Source: a virus. Taken from it: a DNA stretch of 64,000 bases. The notes under the pieces are model-generated. The model made no database searches and was not told the origin of the DNA. It worked only from the letters and a program-made list of their open reading frames with translations. Below, one piece after another: positions 36,838-47,636 of the stretch. The DNA lies in IMG/VR virus record IMGVR_UViG_3300029822_000001, positions 1-64,000 of that record. One strand, 5' to 3'. The translations under genes were made by a program, and so were the position numbers. Positions within the stretch are counted from its first letter, which is position 1; every line of letters begins with the position of its first letter.

Positions 36838-37647
36838 CTAGCTCAAGTATACCTGTAAGTATCCATTAGTAAGCTTAAAATTAACTATCGCAGATACTTT
36901 ATCAGTATCCTCTGGTAACTCCATAGATACTTCTTTGATACTCTTTTCCAGGAGACTAATTGTACTATTTTCAGTAGTTAATTCAATAGTAGTGTCTAAG
37001 TTTCCTTCCCCAATAGTTACCTTTTGTAAGGTACCAATAAGGTCTAAATCAGTACCCGCAGTAAAGTATTCAATCTCGTAAGACTTACCTAACAGTTTAT
37101 GTGACAATAAATAAAGAAGTCCCTTATAGTAATTCTTACGAATAGGTTTACCAAAGGTTGCTGCTAAGTAATGCTTAGCTTTACCAGATACAAATAACAA
37201 ATCCACTGTTACTGTTTCTGTAATTAAGGTAACAATAGTTAAGTCTTTTCCTGCTAACTTAGTAGTTGCTTTGTATGCCTTAACTCGATTGCTATCAAAA
37301 AGTAAAAAGTAGTAGTCTCCATTTTGCTTTTTACTTAAAAACATGTCAATACCAACTGCATCATCATCTTGAGCATCTTGAATATACATTTGTTCTACTG
37401 GAGTAGGTGTCTTAATTTTACCACCAAATAAGATATGGTCTGAGTCTTCTTTACTAGCAGGATTGTCTAGCAAAATCTCATTGAAGGTAAAGGTAGTATC
37501 TGGTAGGTCATAATTAATTTCCACTGTACCTGTAGAAAAAGTATTATCCTTTTTTAACAGATTCTTAATAATCTGTAAAGGACGGGAAATTTGTGTAAAT
37601 TGCATTGCTTGTTCTAATTCATCAAAGTCTTCCATGTTATGCTTCAA
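36838..37647 (-). CDS. Hypothetical protein
   Basis: 269 aa ORF with RBS. Confidence 0.65.
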   Translation of the reverse strand: MKHNMEDFDELEQAMQFTQISRPLQIIKNLLKKDNTFSTGTVEINYDLPDTTFTFNEILLDNPASKEDSDHILFGGKIKTPTPVEQMYIQDAQDDDAVGIDMFLSKKQNGDYYFLLFDSNRVKAYKATTKLAGKDLTIVTLITETVTVDLLFVSGKAKHYLAATFGKPIRKNYYKGLLYLLSHKLLGKSYEIEYFTAGTDLDLIGTLQKVTIGEGNLDTTIELTTENSTISLLEKSIKEVSMELPEDTDKVSAIVNFKLTNGYLQVYLS

Positions 37648-37653
37648 CTCTCC

Positions 37654-37881
37654 TTATTTGTGATTAGGTACCTGATTAAGTATCTTTGATACCTGTTGGT
37701 GTTCCATGTACAAACGATTATTTTTTGCCTGTAACCACATCTGATTAAGTAGTAAAATAAACAAGTAACCAATGAGAACTAACCCTAGTTCCCAGAGTAG
37801 TGATTCGTTAATTAACCAGGATAGAGGGATAATAATAAGTAGTACTAGATAAATATTAGGAACTTGATAAGCTTTTTTCAT
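37654..37881 (-). CDS. Small membrane protein
   Basis: Two TM segments. Confidence 0.55.
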   Translation of the reverse strand: MKKAYQVPNIYLVLLIIIPLSWLINESLLWELGLVLIGYLFILLLNQMWLQAKNNRLYMEHQQVSKILNQVPNHK

Positions 37882-37953
37882 AACGCGTTCATCCTCGTAT
37901 AATAAGATATTTTCTACTACTAATATAAGATTAATTCCTCGTCTGGTTACACA

Positions 37954-38541
37954 TTATTGTATTTGGTTATTAATTGCATCACCATCTTGTGAGTATAGGT
38001 CAAACATCTGTTGCTTGTTAAGTTTAGCTACCATATCTACGAGTACCTGAGCAGTAGCTTTAACTAGGTCTGATTGATTTCCAATGCCTGAGTTTTTAAC
38101 CTGATTAATGAGCTCTTTAGGCATATCATAGTGGTTAAAGTCAATACAAGAATCAACATAATAGTTGTAATCCTCTTGAGTTGTAATATCTCCCTCATTA
38201 ATCATTGCAACAAGTAACCCTTTCATTTCAATGTAGGGTAACAAGTCAACCTTTCTAAAAAGTTCATCTAGGTTACTAATAGCATCTTCTTTAGAAAACC
38301 CAGATAGGACTGGTTCACTCAAAGGCATGATTTTATCTAACACTTGCTGCTCACTAGCTAACTTTCCTAGTTCTAAGGGGGTAGCTGGGTATAGATAATT
38401 TTGAGTAACACTATCTGTAATAACGGTCATTAATGTTCCTGAGCTCATGGGAGTTACCTTAAGTGTTAACCCTTCTGTACTCTCGGTAAAAGTAACTACA
38501 TTTTGCTTACTTACTGAAATATTATTTTTGTTATCTGCCAT
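37954..38541 (-). CDS. Hypothetical protein
   Basis: AAGGAG RBS. Confidence 0.65.
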   Translation of the reverse strand: MADNKNNISVSKQNVVTFTESTEGLTLKVTPMSSGTLMTVITDSVTQNYLYPATPLELGKLASEQQVLDKIMPLSEPVLSGFSKEDAISNLDELFRKVDLLPYIEMKGLLVAMINEGDITTQEDYNYYVDSCIDFNHYDMPKELINQVKNSGIGNQSDLVKATAQVLVDMVAKLNKQQMFDLYSQDGDAINNQIQ

Positions 38542-38556
38542 ATGAAACGTTCTCCT

Positions 38557-39258
38557 TTACAAGTCAATTCCGTGTTCTTTAAGTTCTGCTACTAACCGTT
38601 TACCATCTTCTGATGAAACAACATTCTTTAAGTAATCGTCTGTCCATTCTTTCAGAGCATTCATCGCTTCTTCCTGGTGATTTTTAGGTACATAATTTGA
38701 GACAACTTCCATCATTCCTTGCAATTCACCCATGACTAACACTTGGTACTGTTTAATAGCAGAAGTGGTGAGGCCATCGCTGTCTTGCTGATAATACTTA
38801 TTCCATTGGTCTGCTGCCTTTAAGGTAGTTCCTGTATCAACCACATCTAAGTTTCTAACTGCATTATACCCCTTCTGCATAATAAGTTCAAGTAGTTCTT
38901 TAGGGCTATTTAGGGTTTGTTCTGGTTGTTCCTTTGGCAAAGGTATATCAGGTAAAGGAGTATCTTCTACTCTATCTGGTGCTTCCTTACCTGGCTGGTA
39001 CCCAGTTACATTAGGTAAGTCACTAACTCTATCCTTACGGCGTTTATCTAGTAGCTGAATTAATGGAGTTCCTGTTTGTTCTGACTCTTCCATCTTGTTT
39101 TTGAAGTTAGTTAGGGAACCAATAGATATGTTGAACTCTTTTTGAGCTAGATACTGCTTAATCTCGCGATAAGGTACTTTTTCATGAAACATTGTATAGA
39201 CCTCTGATGCCAGTACTTTGTTGTTATATAAGTCAATTAGGGATGTTTTTTCTGCCAT
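38557..39258 (-). CDS. Conserved Herelleviridae hypothetical protein (HTH-like N-terminus)
   Basis: LYNN.VL...V..M, IS.GSLTN.K, LLDKR motif recalled from Twort-like phages. Confidence 0.65.
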   Translation of the reverse strand: MAEKTSLIDLYNNKVLASEVYTMFHEKVPYREIKQYLAQKEFNISIGSLTNFKNKMEESEQTGTPLIQLLDKRRKDRVSDLPNVTGYQPGKEAPDRVEDTPLPDIPLPKEQPEQTLNSPKELLELIMQKGYNAVRNLDVVDTGTTLKAADQWNKYYQQDSDGLTTSAIKQYQVLVMGELQGMMEVVSNYVPKNHQEEAMNALKEWTDDYLKNVVSSEDGKRLVAELKEHGIDL

Positions 39259-39537
39259 TTTATTTACCTCTGTTTATTATAGTTTGCTATTTTTATATCT
39301 TGTACATGCTAACTTAAACGACTTGGATACTTTTAGTCATTTATTTCTTGTACAAGGCTAAGTTGCCTGATACATAAGGACTTTAACTAAGTAGTCTATT
39401 AGTTATTCGTCTATAATATAGTGAACAGTTGGTATCGGAATGAACAGAATGTAAACTGATATTTTGTACAAAACAAAAAAGAGATACATTTAAGTACCTC
39501 TTAATCATATTGTACAACTACTTTTCTTAGCTATTTT

Positions 39538-40020
39538 TTACTTTGTTTCGGTTTTTGATTTACCCGTTGTACTCGATAATGTAGTGCGTCGTCTGCGACG
39601 TGTAACAGGTTTCTTTTCCGGTTCTTTAACTTCAGCATCAGTATCTGTCCCTTTATTTGAGCCTTCTTTAGTACTGGGAGTTGTATCCGCTGCACCTTCA
39701 TTCTTAGTATCCTGGCCATTGCCAATCTTAATAATCTCATCAATGGTGACTCTAGCTACTTGAATAAAGCTACCTGAACGGGTAACATCTAATAAATCTA
39801 CAAAGTCCCCTTTTTCATTCAATCTAAACTGGACTTGTACGAGATTGTTATGCCATTTAATCATGAATGATGGAGCACTTTCTACTCGATAATGTTCTCG
39901 GTTGTACCCATCCACAATGGTTGATACTTTGTCGAAATACTCCTTAAGAACTTTCCAATGTTTAACAATCATTTTATCATATTCTTCTTCTGGTAATTTA
40001 GCACGACTAACTAGTTTCAT
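39538..40020 (-). CDS. Hypothetical protein
   Basis: 160 aa with basic C-terminal tail. Confidence 0.6.
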   Translation of the reverse strand: MKLVSRAKLPEEEYDKMIVKHWKVLKEYFDKVSTIVDGYNREHYRVESAPSFMIKWHNNLVQVQFRLNEKGDFVDLLDVTRSGSFIQVARVTIDEIIKIGNGQDTKNEGAADTTPSTKEGSNKGTDTDAEVKEPEKKPVTRRRRRTTLSSTTGKSKTETK

Positions 40021-40033
40021 TCAATAGCACTCC

Positions 40034-40603
40034 TTAGTACTTTTTATTATGAGCAATACTATGACGGTACTGTCTTTCTCTACGGTACCGTTGCAAGTGG
40101 GATTCATTAAAATTAACCTTATTCATATGTTTATAGGTTAGTTTACTGAACTCTTGTGACTTAGCTCGGTACTGATAGATATAATAGATGGTCATAGTAT
40201 CATTAACTTGTTGCACAGTTATAAATAGGCGACCTTTAACAATCTGTCCCATTTTAACTAGGTGAACTTCTTTGTGCATAGTAATTGTATCATCATAGGT
40301 TTTTAAATGCAAGCTGTATAGTTTCTCTAGGTCTTTATGAAAATGGCTGACTAATTGGATACCATATTGGTACCTTTTGCTGTACTCTAATGGGGTTACA
40401 TCATGAATAGTCGTTGTAAATCCAGGCAAGTAGTAACCACGAGGACTTACCTCATAGTTACGTCTAATAGTACGCTGCCGTTTATTTACGATGTCTATAC
40501 TTACCTTTTTTCTTATAAGGTACCTTATAAGAGATGTCCCCATTAAATGAGTCATTAAAGTTGTACACTTGCAGCTGTTTAAACGGGTCAAGAGCACCAT
40601 CAA
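40034..40603 (-). CDS. Hypothetical protein (true start probably downstream of 40603)
   Basis: ORF within the operon; overlaps the upstream gene. Confidence 0.5.
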   Translation of the reverse strand: MMVLLTRLNSCKCTTLMTHLMGTSLIRYLIRKKVSIDIVNKRQRTIRRNYEVSPRGYYLPGFTTTIHDVTPLEYSKRYQYGIQLVSHFHKDLEKLYSLHLKTYDDTITMHKEVHLVKMGQIVKGRLFITVQQVNDTMTIYYIYQYRAKSQEFSKLTYKHMNKVNFNESHLQRYRRERQYRHSIAHNKKY

Positions 40604-41261
40604 TGTACACTTGACAGATTATTTTGATACCTGATGTGTACCCAAAGATACCACAGTAAGTATCAATTAAGGAACTCCTAGGTAAACTTTTAGAAATATC
40701 AGTATGATGTCCAATACCTCCTTGTCGGTACAAACTAGGAAACTTATGTTTAAGCTGGTATTGTTTAGCTTTAACTGTCTGTTGCTGATTGTACATAATA
40801 GACAGCAATGACCTAATTTCTTTAGTCCATAGGAGGGACAAAGCATGATACAATTTAGCTTCTTGATTAAAGTAGGCTTCTCGATAGAGTCCTGGAATAA
40901 CCTTAGTACCAAACTGGTCATAAACAATGATACCTACCTGGTAATAATGATACTTACTAAGTAACCGAATAACCCCCGCTAAGTGTGAGCTATGCACAAA
41001 AACAAAGACATACTGGCATATTTCCAAGTAGTTTTCTAGTTGATGTGATAACCTTCGCAAAGTATCTGCTTCAGTCTTAATCTCAACACCAATGATACCC
41101 TTATTGTCAGTAAAGACTAAAGCATCCGCTATTAGTTTGCCATAATTAACAGACTTTTCAAAGATAACTTTAGTACGCCCTAGGTCACCAAGGTACTCAT
41201 ACAAACTGATATGCTGGAGTACTGCTTGTTTTAAGTCGTCTTCTAGTAGTACTTTAGGCAT
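40482..41261 (-). CDS. PD-(D/E)xK nuclease-like protein (sce7726/MmcB-like)
   Basis: IAD...., GVEIKTEADTLRRL..Q...Y. Confidence 0.7.
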   Translation of the reverse strand: MPKVLLEDDLKQAVLQHISLYEYLGDLGRTKVIFEKSVNYGKLIADALVFTDNKGIIGVEIKTEADTLRRLSHQLENYLEICQYVFVFVHSSHLAGVIRLLSKYHYYQVGIIVYDQFGTKVIPGLYREAYFNQEAKLYHALSLLWTKEIRSLLSIMYNQQQTVKAKQYQLKHKFPSLYRQGGIGHHTDISKSLPRSSLIDTYCGIFGYTSGIKIICQVYIDGALDPFKQLQVYNFNDSFNGDISYKVPYKKKGKYRHRK

Positions 41262-41290
41262 TTTTATTTTTCACATCCTAATATTATATA

Positions 41291-41950
41291 TTATTCCGGG
41301 TATCCATCTGGGTTGTACTTGTCAAACTCATTTGGTGTTCCATTGACAATATCCAGTTCAGAGGATTGTATGTTTTGATAGGTATCTTGAAGAGTACTAG
41401 CTAGATACTGTTTAAACCCATCATTAGGAATATAGTTGCTTAGTAAATGTACTCGGTTCCAACCAAAAAAGATACCAGTTGGTACAATATTGTTATTAGT
41501 TGTAATAGATTCTTTACCATCAACAACTGACCTTGAATGACCAGTGGACTTACCATAGTCCTTAAAGCCTAGTACAAGGTTCTTAGAGCCTGATAAGGTA
41601 TCCTTGCCATAGATTAATGGAACAATAAACTTAGGAGGTGCTACGAGTACATGAGGGGTATCTAATCGCGTGTCTCTTTCTAACTTTTTGTGTAACAAGT
41701 TAGCTACAGGTGAATCTGTATTCCCTGCGATTGGATTATGATGAACCGTTTGTACCTTAGTAGGCTTGTGTAATACCTCATAGTTACTGCGATGGTACTT
41801 AAATTTGCTTACCGATTTACTATCTAGCTCGGTAACGGCTACCAGACTGTTTTCAGGGGTTACTTGTATTCTATCTACAAAATAAATAGGTACCTTGCCT
41901 ACCATGAGAATACCCCCAGTAACGGTTGGAATAAAAGCGGTATCCGTCAT
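41291..41950 (-). CDS. Hypothetical protein
   Basis: 219 aa ORF with RBS. Confidence 0.6.
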   Translation of the reverse strand: MTDTAFIPTVTGGILMVGKVPIYFVDRIQVTPENSLVAVTELDSKSVSKFKYHRSNYEVLHKPTKVQTVHHNPIAGNTDSPVANLLHKKLERDTRLDTPHVLVAPPKFIVPLIYGKDTLSGSKNLVLGFKDYGKSTGHSRSVVDGKESITTNNNIVPTGIFFGWNRVHLLSNYIPNDGFKQYLASTLQDTYQNIQSSELDIVNGTPNEFDKYNPDGYPE

Positions 41951-41952
41951 TG

Positions 41953-42420
41953 TTACTCTCCTTTCATGTGGTCAATTAAGTCATTCAGTTGAGACGCTGA
42001 TAAAGTACCTTTTTTAAGGGTATCTTGTGCATATTCCTGAGCATCTGACATAGCTTTTTCTCGTTTAATGGACAAGTGTTCCTTGAAATGATTATTCAAC
42101 AAAGTCACTACTAAAGAAGAAATAAGATTACGAATAATAAAGGTACCCACAAGAACAATAAATAGGACAAAACCAGCTACCAAGGTCTTATCAAATAATC
42201 CAGCTACCCAGTAAGATACCCAAATAGCTAACATTCCTAATAAGGCTATCATTAAATAAGATAGTCCAGTAGCAGCTAATTGATGCTTATAAGCTAATCT
42301 TTGCAATGGATTATTGGTATCTAGCATACCCTGTTTAGCAGCTTTACGCATGAGACCATGAGCATTTAGGTACTCAAATAAAATGGTAGTAACATAAACA
42401 ATTTCTGCGGTTACAATCAT
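41953..42420 (-). CDS. Membrane protein
   Basis: Several TM segments. Confidence 0.65.
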   Translation of the reverse strand: MIVTAEIVYVTTILFEYLNAHGLMRKAAKQGMLDTNNPLQRLAYKHQLAATGLSYLMIALLGMLAIWVSYWVAGLFDKTLVAGFVLFIVLVGTFIIRNLISSLVVTLLNNHFKEHLSIKREKAMSDAQEYAQDTLKKGTLSASQLNDLIDHMKGE

Positions 42421-42438
42421 GAATACAACATCTCCTTA

Positions 42439-42732
42439 TCAGTTATTTCTCCAGTAGGCTACTTTATCTACTTGGAAATCATTCCATGAATCTACTAAGG
42501 TACCCTTTTCATCCTTGACAAGGACAATAGGCATACTTCGGTATCCTTGCCCACGTAGTTTTTCAATTAAATCAGTATCTTGTTCTACCAGCACCTCTTT
42601 AACTTGTAACTTTGGGTTACTCCTAAGCAACACAGCTGTTTGTTTACACTTCATACAACCTTTGGTATGATAAATAGTTACATTATACAAATCTGTACAT
42701 CCCTTCTTTAATATATCTCTAGTATAACACAA
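42439..42732 (-). CDS. NrdH-like glutaredoxin
   Basis: VTIY...CMKC..T, G.RSMP.V, W.DF. Confidence 0.85.
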   Translation of the reverse strand: MCYTRDILKKGCTDLYNVTIYHTKGCMKCKQTAVLLRSNPKLQVKEVLVEQDTDLIEKLRGQGYRSMPIVLVKDEKGTLVDSWNDFQVDKVAYWRNN

Positions 42733-42788
42733 GGATACCTTATTGACAATAAATAATAAAAAGTACCCATTTAAGGGTACTAATTTAA

Positions 42789-42860
42789 TGTTCCAATAGG
42801 GAATCGAACCCTAATCCGTGGCTTAGGGGGCCACTATGCTATCCATTACACCACTGGAAC
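42789..42860 (-). tRNA. tRNA-Arg(CCT) with C33
   Basis: GTTCCAG/TTGGAAC acceptor, GTGGC-CCCCTAA-GCCAC anticodon arm, TTCGATT T loop. Confidence 0.85.
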
Positions 42861-42887
42861 ATAACAGGGGATGTCTCCCCTTTTTTG

Positions 42888-43142
42888 TTAACAAAATACT
42901 GATAAGGTACTTAATTTGGTAACCTGAATACAATCGGTTACCCTGCAAGTTACTTCAGATTTTTCAGTTAAATTATAGTCTGCATACCCTTCTAATCTTA
43001 AGGTAGTATATGGGGATGATGCCCCATCTGTGTGTTCTTTTAACTTATCTCGGTAATGTTCAAAAGTATCTGGAACAAAGAAGCTGCAATTGCCATTAAC
43101 CGTTACTCGAAGTATCTCTTGATTACTTGTGTTTTCTGCCAT
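42888..43142 (-). CDS. Hypothetical protein
   Basis: GGAGG RBS. Confidence 0.55.
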   Translation of the reverse strand: MAENTSNQEILRVTVNGNCSFFVPDTFEHYRDKLKEHTDGASSPYTTLRLEGYADYNLTEKSEVTCRVTDCIQVTKLSTLSVFC

Positions 43143-43144
43143 GA

Positions 43145-43450
43145 TTATTGGTCCTCCAATAGATAATTAATACTATCTAATTTATCTAAAAGATTGTCAG
43201 TTTCTTCTTTTTCATACTTATCAATGAGTTCTTTACGAATGTCTTGCCAGTTAGTAAACTTGCTTAAATTTTCTTGGCTGTTGAACAGCGCATCATCATT
43301 ATAGGGTGACCTAAAATGGATACTCCTATTTTCAGCAATAGGCTTTAACACAAGTCCCTCTCTTCCGTTAGCAACCAGTTCGTCATGCCGATAAAAAAAA
43401 TTCTGATATTTCTTTAAAGTACTTATCAGCCCGTTCTTCTGCCTTATCAT
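43145..43450 (-). CDS. Hypothetical protein or fragment
   Basis: GREGLVLK motif reminiscent of RNA ligase motif IV; start uncertain. Confidence 0.4.
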   Translation of the reverse strand: MIRQKNGLISTLKKYQNFFYRHDELVANGREGLVLKPIAENRSIHFRSPYNDDALFNSQENLSKFTNWQDIRKELIDKYEKEETDNLLDKLDSINYLLEDQ

Positions 43451-43616
43451 GAATATGTTTTTCTAAAACTGATTTATCCATCCTTTGTCCTCCCAATCTT
43501 AATATCCCTCGGTCTAACTGAATCCTTTGCCTAATTAATAATCAGTTACTATTATTTATCTCCTTCCTTGTATGTAATAAGGGTACCACTAGGATACCCT
43601 TATGTCAAGACTATTT

Positions 43617-44858
43617 TTAGTAATTCTTCATCAAGCTATCATAGGAACTGGACTTTTCTGCTTGTTTCTTACCCCATTCCTGTTGGGTAGCTAATGATAC
43701 CCGTACTAACTTTGGTAAGTGCATAAACTTTTCTGCTCTATCAGCTGGTACATGACCAGTATTAATTTTTTCCGCCCGTAGGGTATCACCAATGGAATCA
43801 TTATAAGAAGTATAATCATATGCAAAGCTTTCTGCTGGTACTTCCTTAATAAAGGAATTAGACAAGATATCTTTCAGAATGTTGGAGAAGCCATAGTTTA
43901 AATCAGGCCTATCATTATCTGACAACCGGCTAACATCAGCAGACTTACTAATCACTGGAGTACTTTGAATATCCTCATCAGGGAATTGTCGGAGGGTACT
44001 ATTAATTTTTTGCCCATTAGAGTACGTAAACGTGGCTACTAAAGCAATTCCATCTTCTAATGAGGGTGCATAGATATTCAAGTCCTGCAAAGTTTCCTTT
44101 AATGGATATCCACAAGCAAGCTCACTGGCAATTGCTCGTAGTTCATCAAAAGTAAAGCTGTGTAACAGTGTGTAAGACAGTAACTTCTTAACCTCATCAT
44201 GGTATTCACTAGGTACTTTATCATCCATGTACCGTTCAACTTCATCCTTTTCAGGATTGTCAAATACAAAATGATAATAAATACGTCCAGGTCGATTAAT
44301 CAACAAGTTATTAATCTTGTCTTCATAGTTAGCAGTAAAGATAAACAGCATCTTTTGACTAGAGGTACCATCTAGGAGACCAAGTAAGTCATTTTGAGTT
44401 GGTTTATTGTCATCCTCATCTTCATGGTCACTGTCACTACCTGTTGGGAAGGTCTTTTCAAATTCATCAAACACAACCATTACTTCTTGTTGAATAGTCT
44501 TCAGGAAGTCTGCTAATCCTGGAGTAGCTTTTGATACCAACAGTACTGGTAACCCCAACTCCATAACCTTGTCAGATAATAGCTGTACAAACAGCGTTTT
44601 ACCGGTACCTTTTTTACCAGTCATCATTACCCCAAGACTTCGATTAGAATCTTGGTATGCCTTAAGTACCTTGTCGAGTTTTTCAGTTTCGCTACCGTAC
44701 ACCTTTTCTTCCTTACACTTTAAGTCTTCCGTTCCTACTAGCTCGTATCCTTGTCGGGTAAGAATAACTTGATAGGTACCAACAGGATACTTATTGTAAG
44801 TTTCAATGTCGCTGTCACTAAATAGGTCGTAAACGTTACCATGCTTAATAATTTTCAT
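43617..44858 (-). CDS. AAA+ ATPase
   Basis: GKKGTGKT, VVFDEFEK, L.NRPGR. Confidence 0.88.
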   Translation of the reverse strand: MKIIKHGNVYDLFSDSDIETYNKYPVGTYQVILTRQGYELVGTEDLKCKEEKVYGSETEKLDKVLKAYQDSNRSLGVMMTGKKGTGKTLFVQLLSDKVMELGLPVLLVSKATPGLADFLKTIQQEVMVVFDEFEKTFPTGSDSDHEDEDDNKPTQNDLLGLLDGTSSQKMLFIFTANYEDKINNLLINRPGRIYYHFVFDNPEKDEVERYMDDKVPSEYHDEVKKLLSYTLLHSFTFDELRAIASELACGYPLKETLQDLNIYAPSLEDGIALVATFTYSNGQKINSTLRQFPDEDIQSTPVISKSADVSRLSDNDRPDLNYGFSNILKDILSNSFIKEVPAESFAYDYTSYNDSIGDTLRAEKINTGHVPADRAEKFMHLPKLVRVSLATQQEWGKKQAEKSSSYDSLMKNY

Positions 44859-44887
44859 TTGTATTCTCTCCTTGTAGTTGTCTACTT

Positions 44888-45346
44888 TTACAGATTGTTC
44901 ATAAACTTCTTTGACACATCATCTGTGTACTTATCTAAGATATCACTAATGTCTTCAGCTGTCAATGCTTTATGATAAAAAATCATAAAATGTGTTACTT
45001 TATTAACATTACCTGTTTGAAACACCTTGACGTCTGTAATAACTGCTTGTTCCTTTTGTGCCCAGCGATTGATAATGGTATCCATCATCTCGTCAGTGTC
45101 ATTGTAGAAGCTAATAAACTCTTTTGTTTCTACCTCTTGAAACTTTTGCTTTAGAATTTTACGATAAGACTCTAATTGCAAGTCAACTCCAGTGTTATTT
45201 CTTAGAACTGTACCTGCTAATTTTTCCTGATTGCAGTCATGATTATAAGTTAAACAAGCACCAACTACATATAAAATAAGTAATCCTAAAGGTACCAACA
45301 CAACAACAGCAACAATCCATGCAATAATCCACCAAATAATACTCAA
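44888..45346 (-). CDS. Membrane-anchored hypothetical protein
   Basis: N-terminal TM segment. Confidence 0.6.
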   Translation of the reverse strand: MSIIWWIIAWIVAVVVLVPLGLLILYVVGACLTYNHDCNQEKLAGTVLRNNTGVDLQLESYRKILKQKFQEVETKEFISFYNDTDEMMDTIINRWAQKEQAVITDVKVFQTGNVNKVTHFMIFYHKALTAEDISDILDKYTDDVSKKFMNNL

Positions 45347-45411
45347 GTAATCTGCTCCTTCCTTGTATGTAATAAGAGTACCACTAGGGTACCCTTATGT
45401 CAAGACTATTT

Positions 45412-47061
45412 TTAATAATATTTTTTAGCTTCTTTGACAATTAACTTAGATGCTGCTACAGCTTCATTTTTGCTATAATGATGATTTTTAAGGGCACTTT
45501 GCATTCGTCGTACTCTTTGGTACAGGTAGAAACCCCAATTTTTATCACTCATAAATCGTACTAAAGTCTCAATGTCCTTAGTAAACACTGTCGGGTAATC
45601 AACATCTTCTGTCAAGTTATTAAGGATACCCTTTACCCACTGAGGCAACTTTGCTATTTCCTTGTTGGATTCTTTTACAGGTTCTGGTAAATGATGTCCT
45701 TCAACAAGAGTAAAGCTGTCACTGTTTGGATTGTACTCGGGTAAACTCCAAGATAAATCTTCATGACCTTCTAATAGGCTTACCTGTTCTCGAAGGTCAT
45801 TGTACTCTTCCAAAGTAAAGTGCGTCTTAACTACATCCTCATCCTTGTCATCATCGAGAAACAGAATAGTTCCATTTAGTAGATAGGCCTGGTTTCCATC
45901 AGCAGTACCTCGAAGGTCTAAAAAAGTACTTCTTCCTAGTAGTTCTTCATTAAGAAAGTCTCCATAAGGTGTAAGCTGTACCGTAAACTTAGGCTCTTTA
46001 TCAGGTTTCTTATTAGGTGATTTTTCACTGCCTTTGTCTTCTGGTAAGTGTTCCCCATGTACCAATTCAAAGTTATCAGTATCAGAAGAATCATATTCTG
46101 GTAAATGAAAGGGTTCTTCCCCGTTAGTATCCATTGATTTTACTTTGTTGTAAATATACTTGTACTCCGGTAAAGTAAAAGTAATCCGTACATTATGATA
46201 AGGAGTGTCATCACTAGCGAAAACAACACGACCGTCATCTAAGGTAATATCATCATGCCAGTGACTATCAACACCTGGATTCAGTACATTTAAATATAGG
46301 TTACGGTTACCTACATGTACTTTGAATGTTGGTTCATCTAATGTACCACCTTCTGAATCATCCTTTTCCTTGTTAGATTCAGTAGTACCTTCAGTTTTTT
46401 CAAACATCGGATTATCTGGGTTAAATAAAGGTAGCTGTTCATCCCAAGAACCATCCTGATTAATCTCTTCGGCAATACTATTGTACTCACTGGGGGTAAA
46501 TAAGGTACGAATCCATGGGCTATCTTTTTTCGCTGCTTCAAAAGCAACACTATTATCAGATAGTTTAATACCACCTTCCCAATAACCATAAAACGCCCCT
46601 GATGTATCCACGTTTAAATAACCCGAATCATCCATCTTTACATAGTACTTATCAGCTGTCCCTTTAGGTGTTCCATCGGTAACTTTTGAACAAAGATTTG
46701 AACAAAAGAGGTCTGGGTCACTTGGCATGAAACTTCCCACTTTATCCTCTGGAGCGAGCGTCCAAGGTGTTGCAACTGTACCTTTTTCTAATTGTTGGCT
46801 TCTGTCTAAGAGTGTTGGCAGGTACATACCAACGTCTTCTGGAAGTACATAATCAACATTCTTTTCTAAACTACCCTTGTTAATTAAAGGATTCATAAAA
46901 GCATCATACCGACTAGTACCCTGCCAGAGTACCGTAGCCTTTTTATCTCCTAGTTCCATAACGAAGATAGGTGCATTATCATTACTATACAATCCTTTAC
47001 GACCGTTAGCACTAATCAATAAGGTACCTTCTGGTAAATCTTTAAGTTTTGTCATAAACAT
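45412..47061 (-). CDS. Hypothetical protein with three internal repeat domains
   Basis: Repeated V....(Y/F)LN...F...T.FT..EY..I.....LP.(Y/F). Confidence 0.7.
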   Translation of the reverse strand: MFMTKLKDLPEGTLLISANGRKGLYSNDNAPIFVMELGDKKATVLWQGTSRYDAFMNPLINKGSLEKNVDYVLPEDVGMYLPTLLDRSQQLEKGTVATPWTLAPEDKVGSFMPSDPDLFCSNLCSKVTDGTPKGTADKYYVKMDDSGYLNVDTSGAFYGYWEGGIKLSDNSVAFEAAKKDSPWIRTLFTPSEYNSIAEEINQDGSWDEQLPLFNPDNPMFEKTEGTTESNKEKDDSEGGTLDEPTFKVHVGNRNLYLNVLNPGVDSHWHDDITLDDGRVVFASDDTPYHNVRITFTLPEYKYIYNKVKSMDTNGEEPFHLPEYDSSDTDNFELVHGEHLPEDKGSEKSPNKKPDKEPKFTVQLTPYGDFLNEELLGRSTFLDLRGTADGNQAYLLNGTILFLDDDKDEDVVKTHFTLEEYNDLREQVSLLEGHEDLSWSLPEYNPNSDSFTLVEGHHLPEPVKESNKEIAKLPQWVKGILNNLTEDVDYPTVFTKDIETLVRFMSDKNWGFYLYQRVRRMQSALKNHHYSKNEAVAASKLIVKEAKKYY

Positions 47062-47136
47062 CCTCCTTGAGCTAATCGCTCTTATTCCTATCTAACAGTA
47101 CTTAATTTACTACCTATTGTCTGTCTTGTCAAGTAC

Positions 47137-47553
47137 TTATTTGATACAATTTAACAATGGACTATAGTTAACTTCTATTGTCTTAACAGTACTAAACCTA
47201 TTACTAATGCTAGTCTCTTTGTAGATACCTTCTAGTCTAATTTTAGTGTCCCGATACGTTTTACTGGATATCTTAAATGTTACGTAAATAATAGGTACCT
47301 CTTCATCTGCTGTTAAGTAGAAGTATCCTGAAGGTGTTATCAGATTGGTAAGACCTTTACTAGCAAATAACTCGTCCGTAGGTACTTGTTTTCTAATACG
47401 CTCAGGAAAGGTAATACACCGGGGGGTACCAAACATTTTATGTGTCACTCGGGTAATAACAGGGTACAGTGCATCTTTCCGAATATGATTATACGGAGTA
47501 TTTTTATCCAAATAGATAGATACCTTTAGTAAATAATCAATCTTGTTCATCAA
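47137..47553 (-). CDS. Hypothetical protein
   Basis: ORF with RBS. Confidence 0.5.
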   Translation of the reverse strand: MMNKIDYLLKVSIYLDKNTPYNHIRKDALYPVITRVTHKMFGTPRCITFPERIRKQVPTDELFASKGLTNLITPSGYFYLTADEEVPIIYVTFKISSKTYRDTKIRLEGIYKETSISNRFSTVKTIEVNYSPLLNCIK

Positions 47554-47636
47554 GTTTCCCTTCTTTTTCCATCTATTACGGCCATTACCAATGGTTTATC
47601 TTATCAAGTAGTTAACTATCCCTTTTTTAGTAACTT

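Noticed and set aside
42789-42860. Amber suppressor tRNA (CTA)
   Set aside because: The 7-nt loop CCCCTAA centres on CCT (Arg), and genes use TAG as a normal stop.
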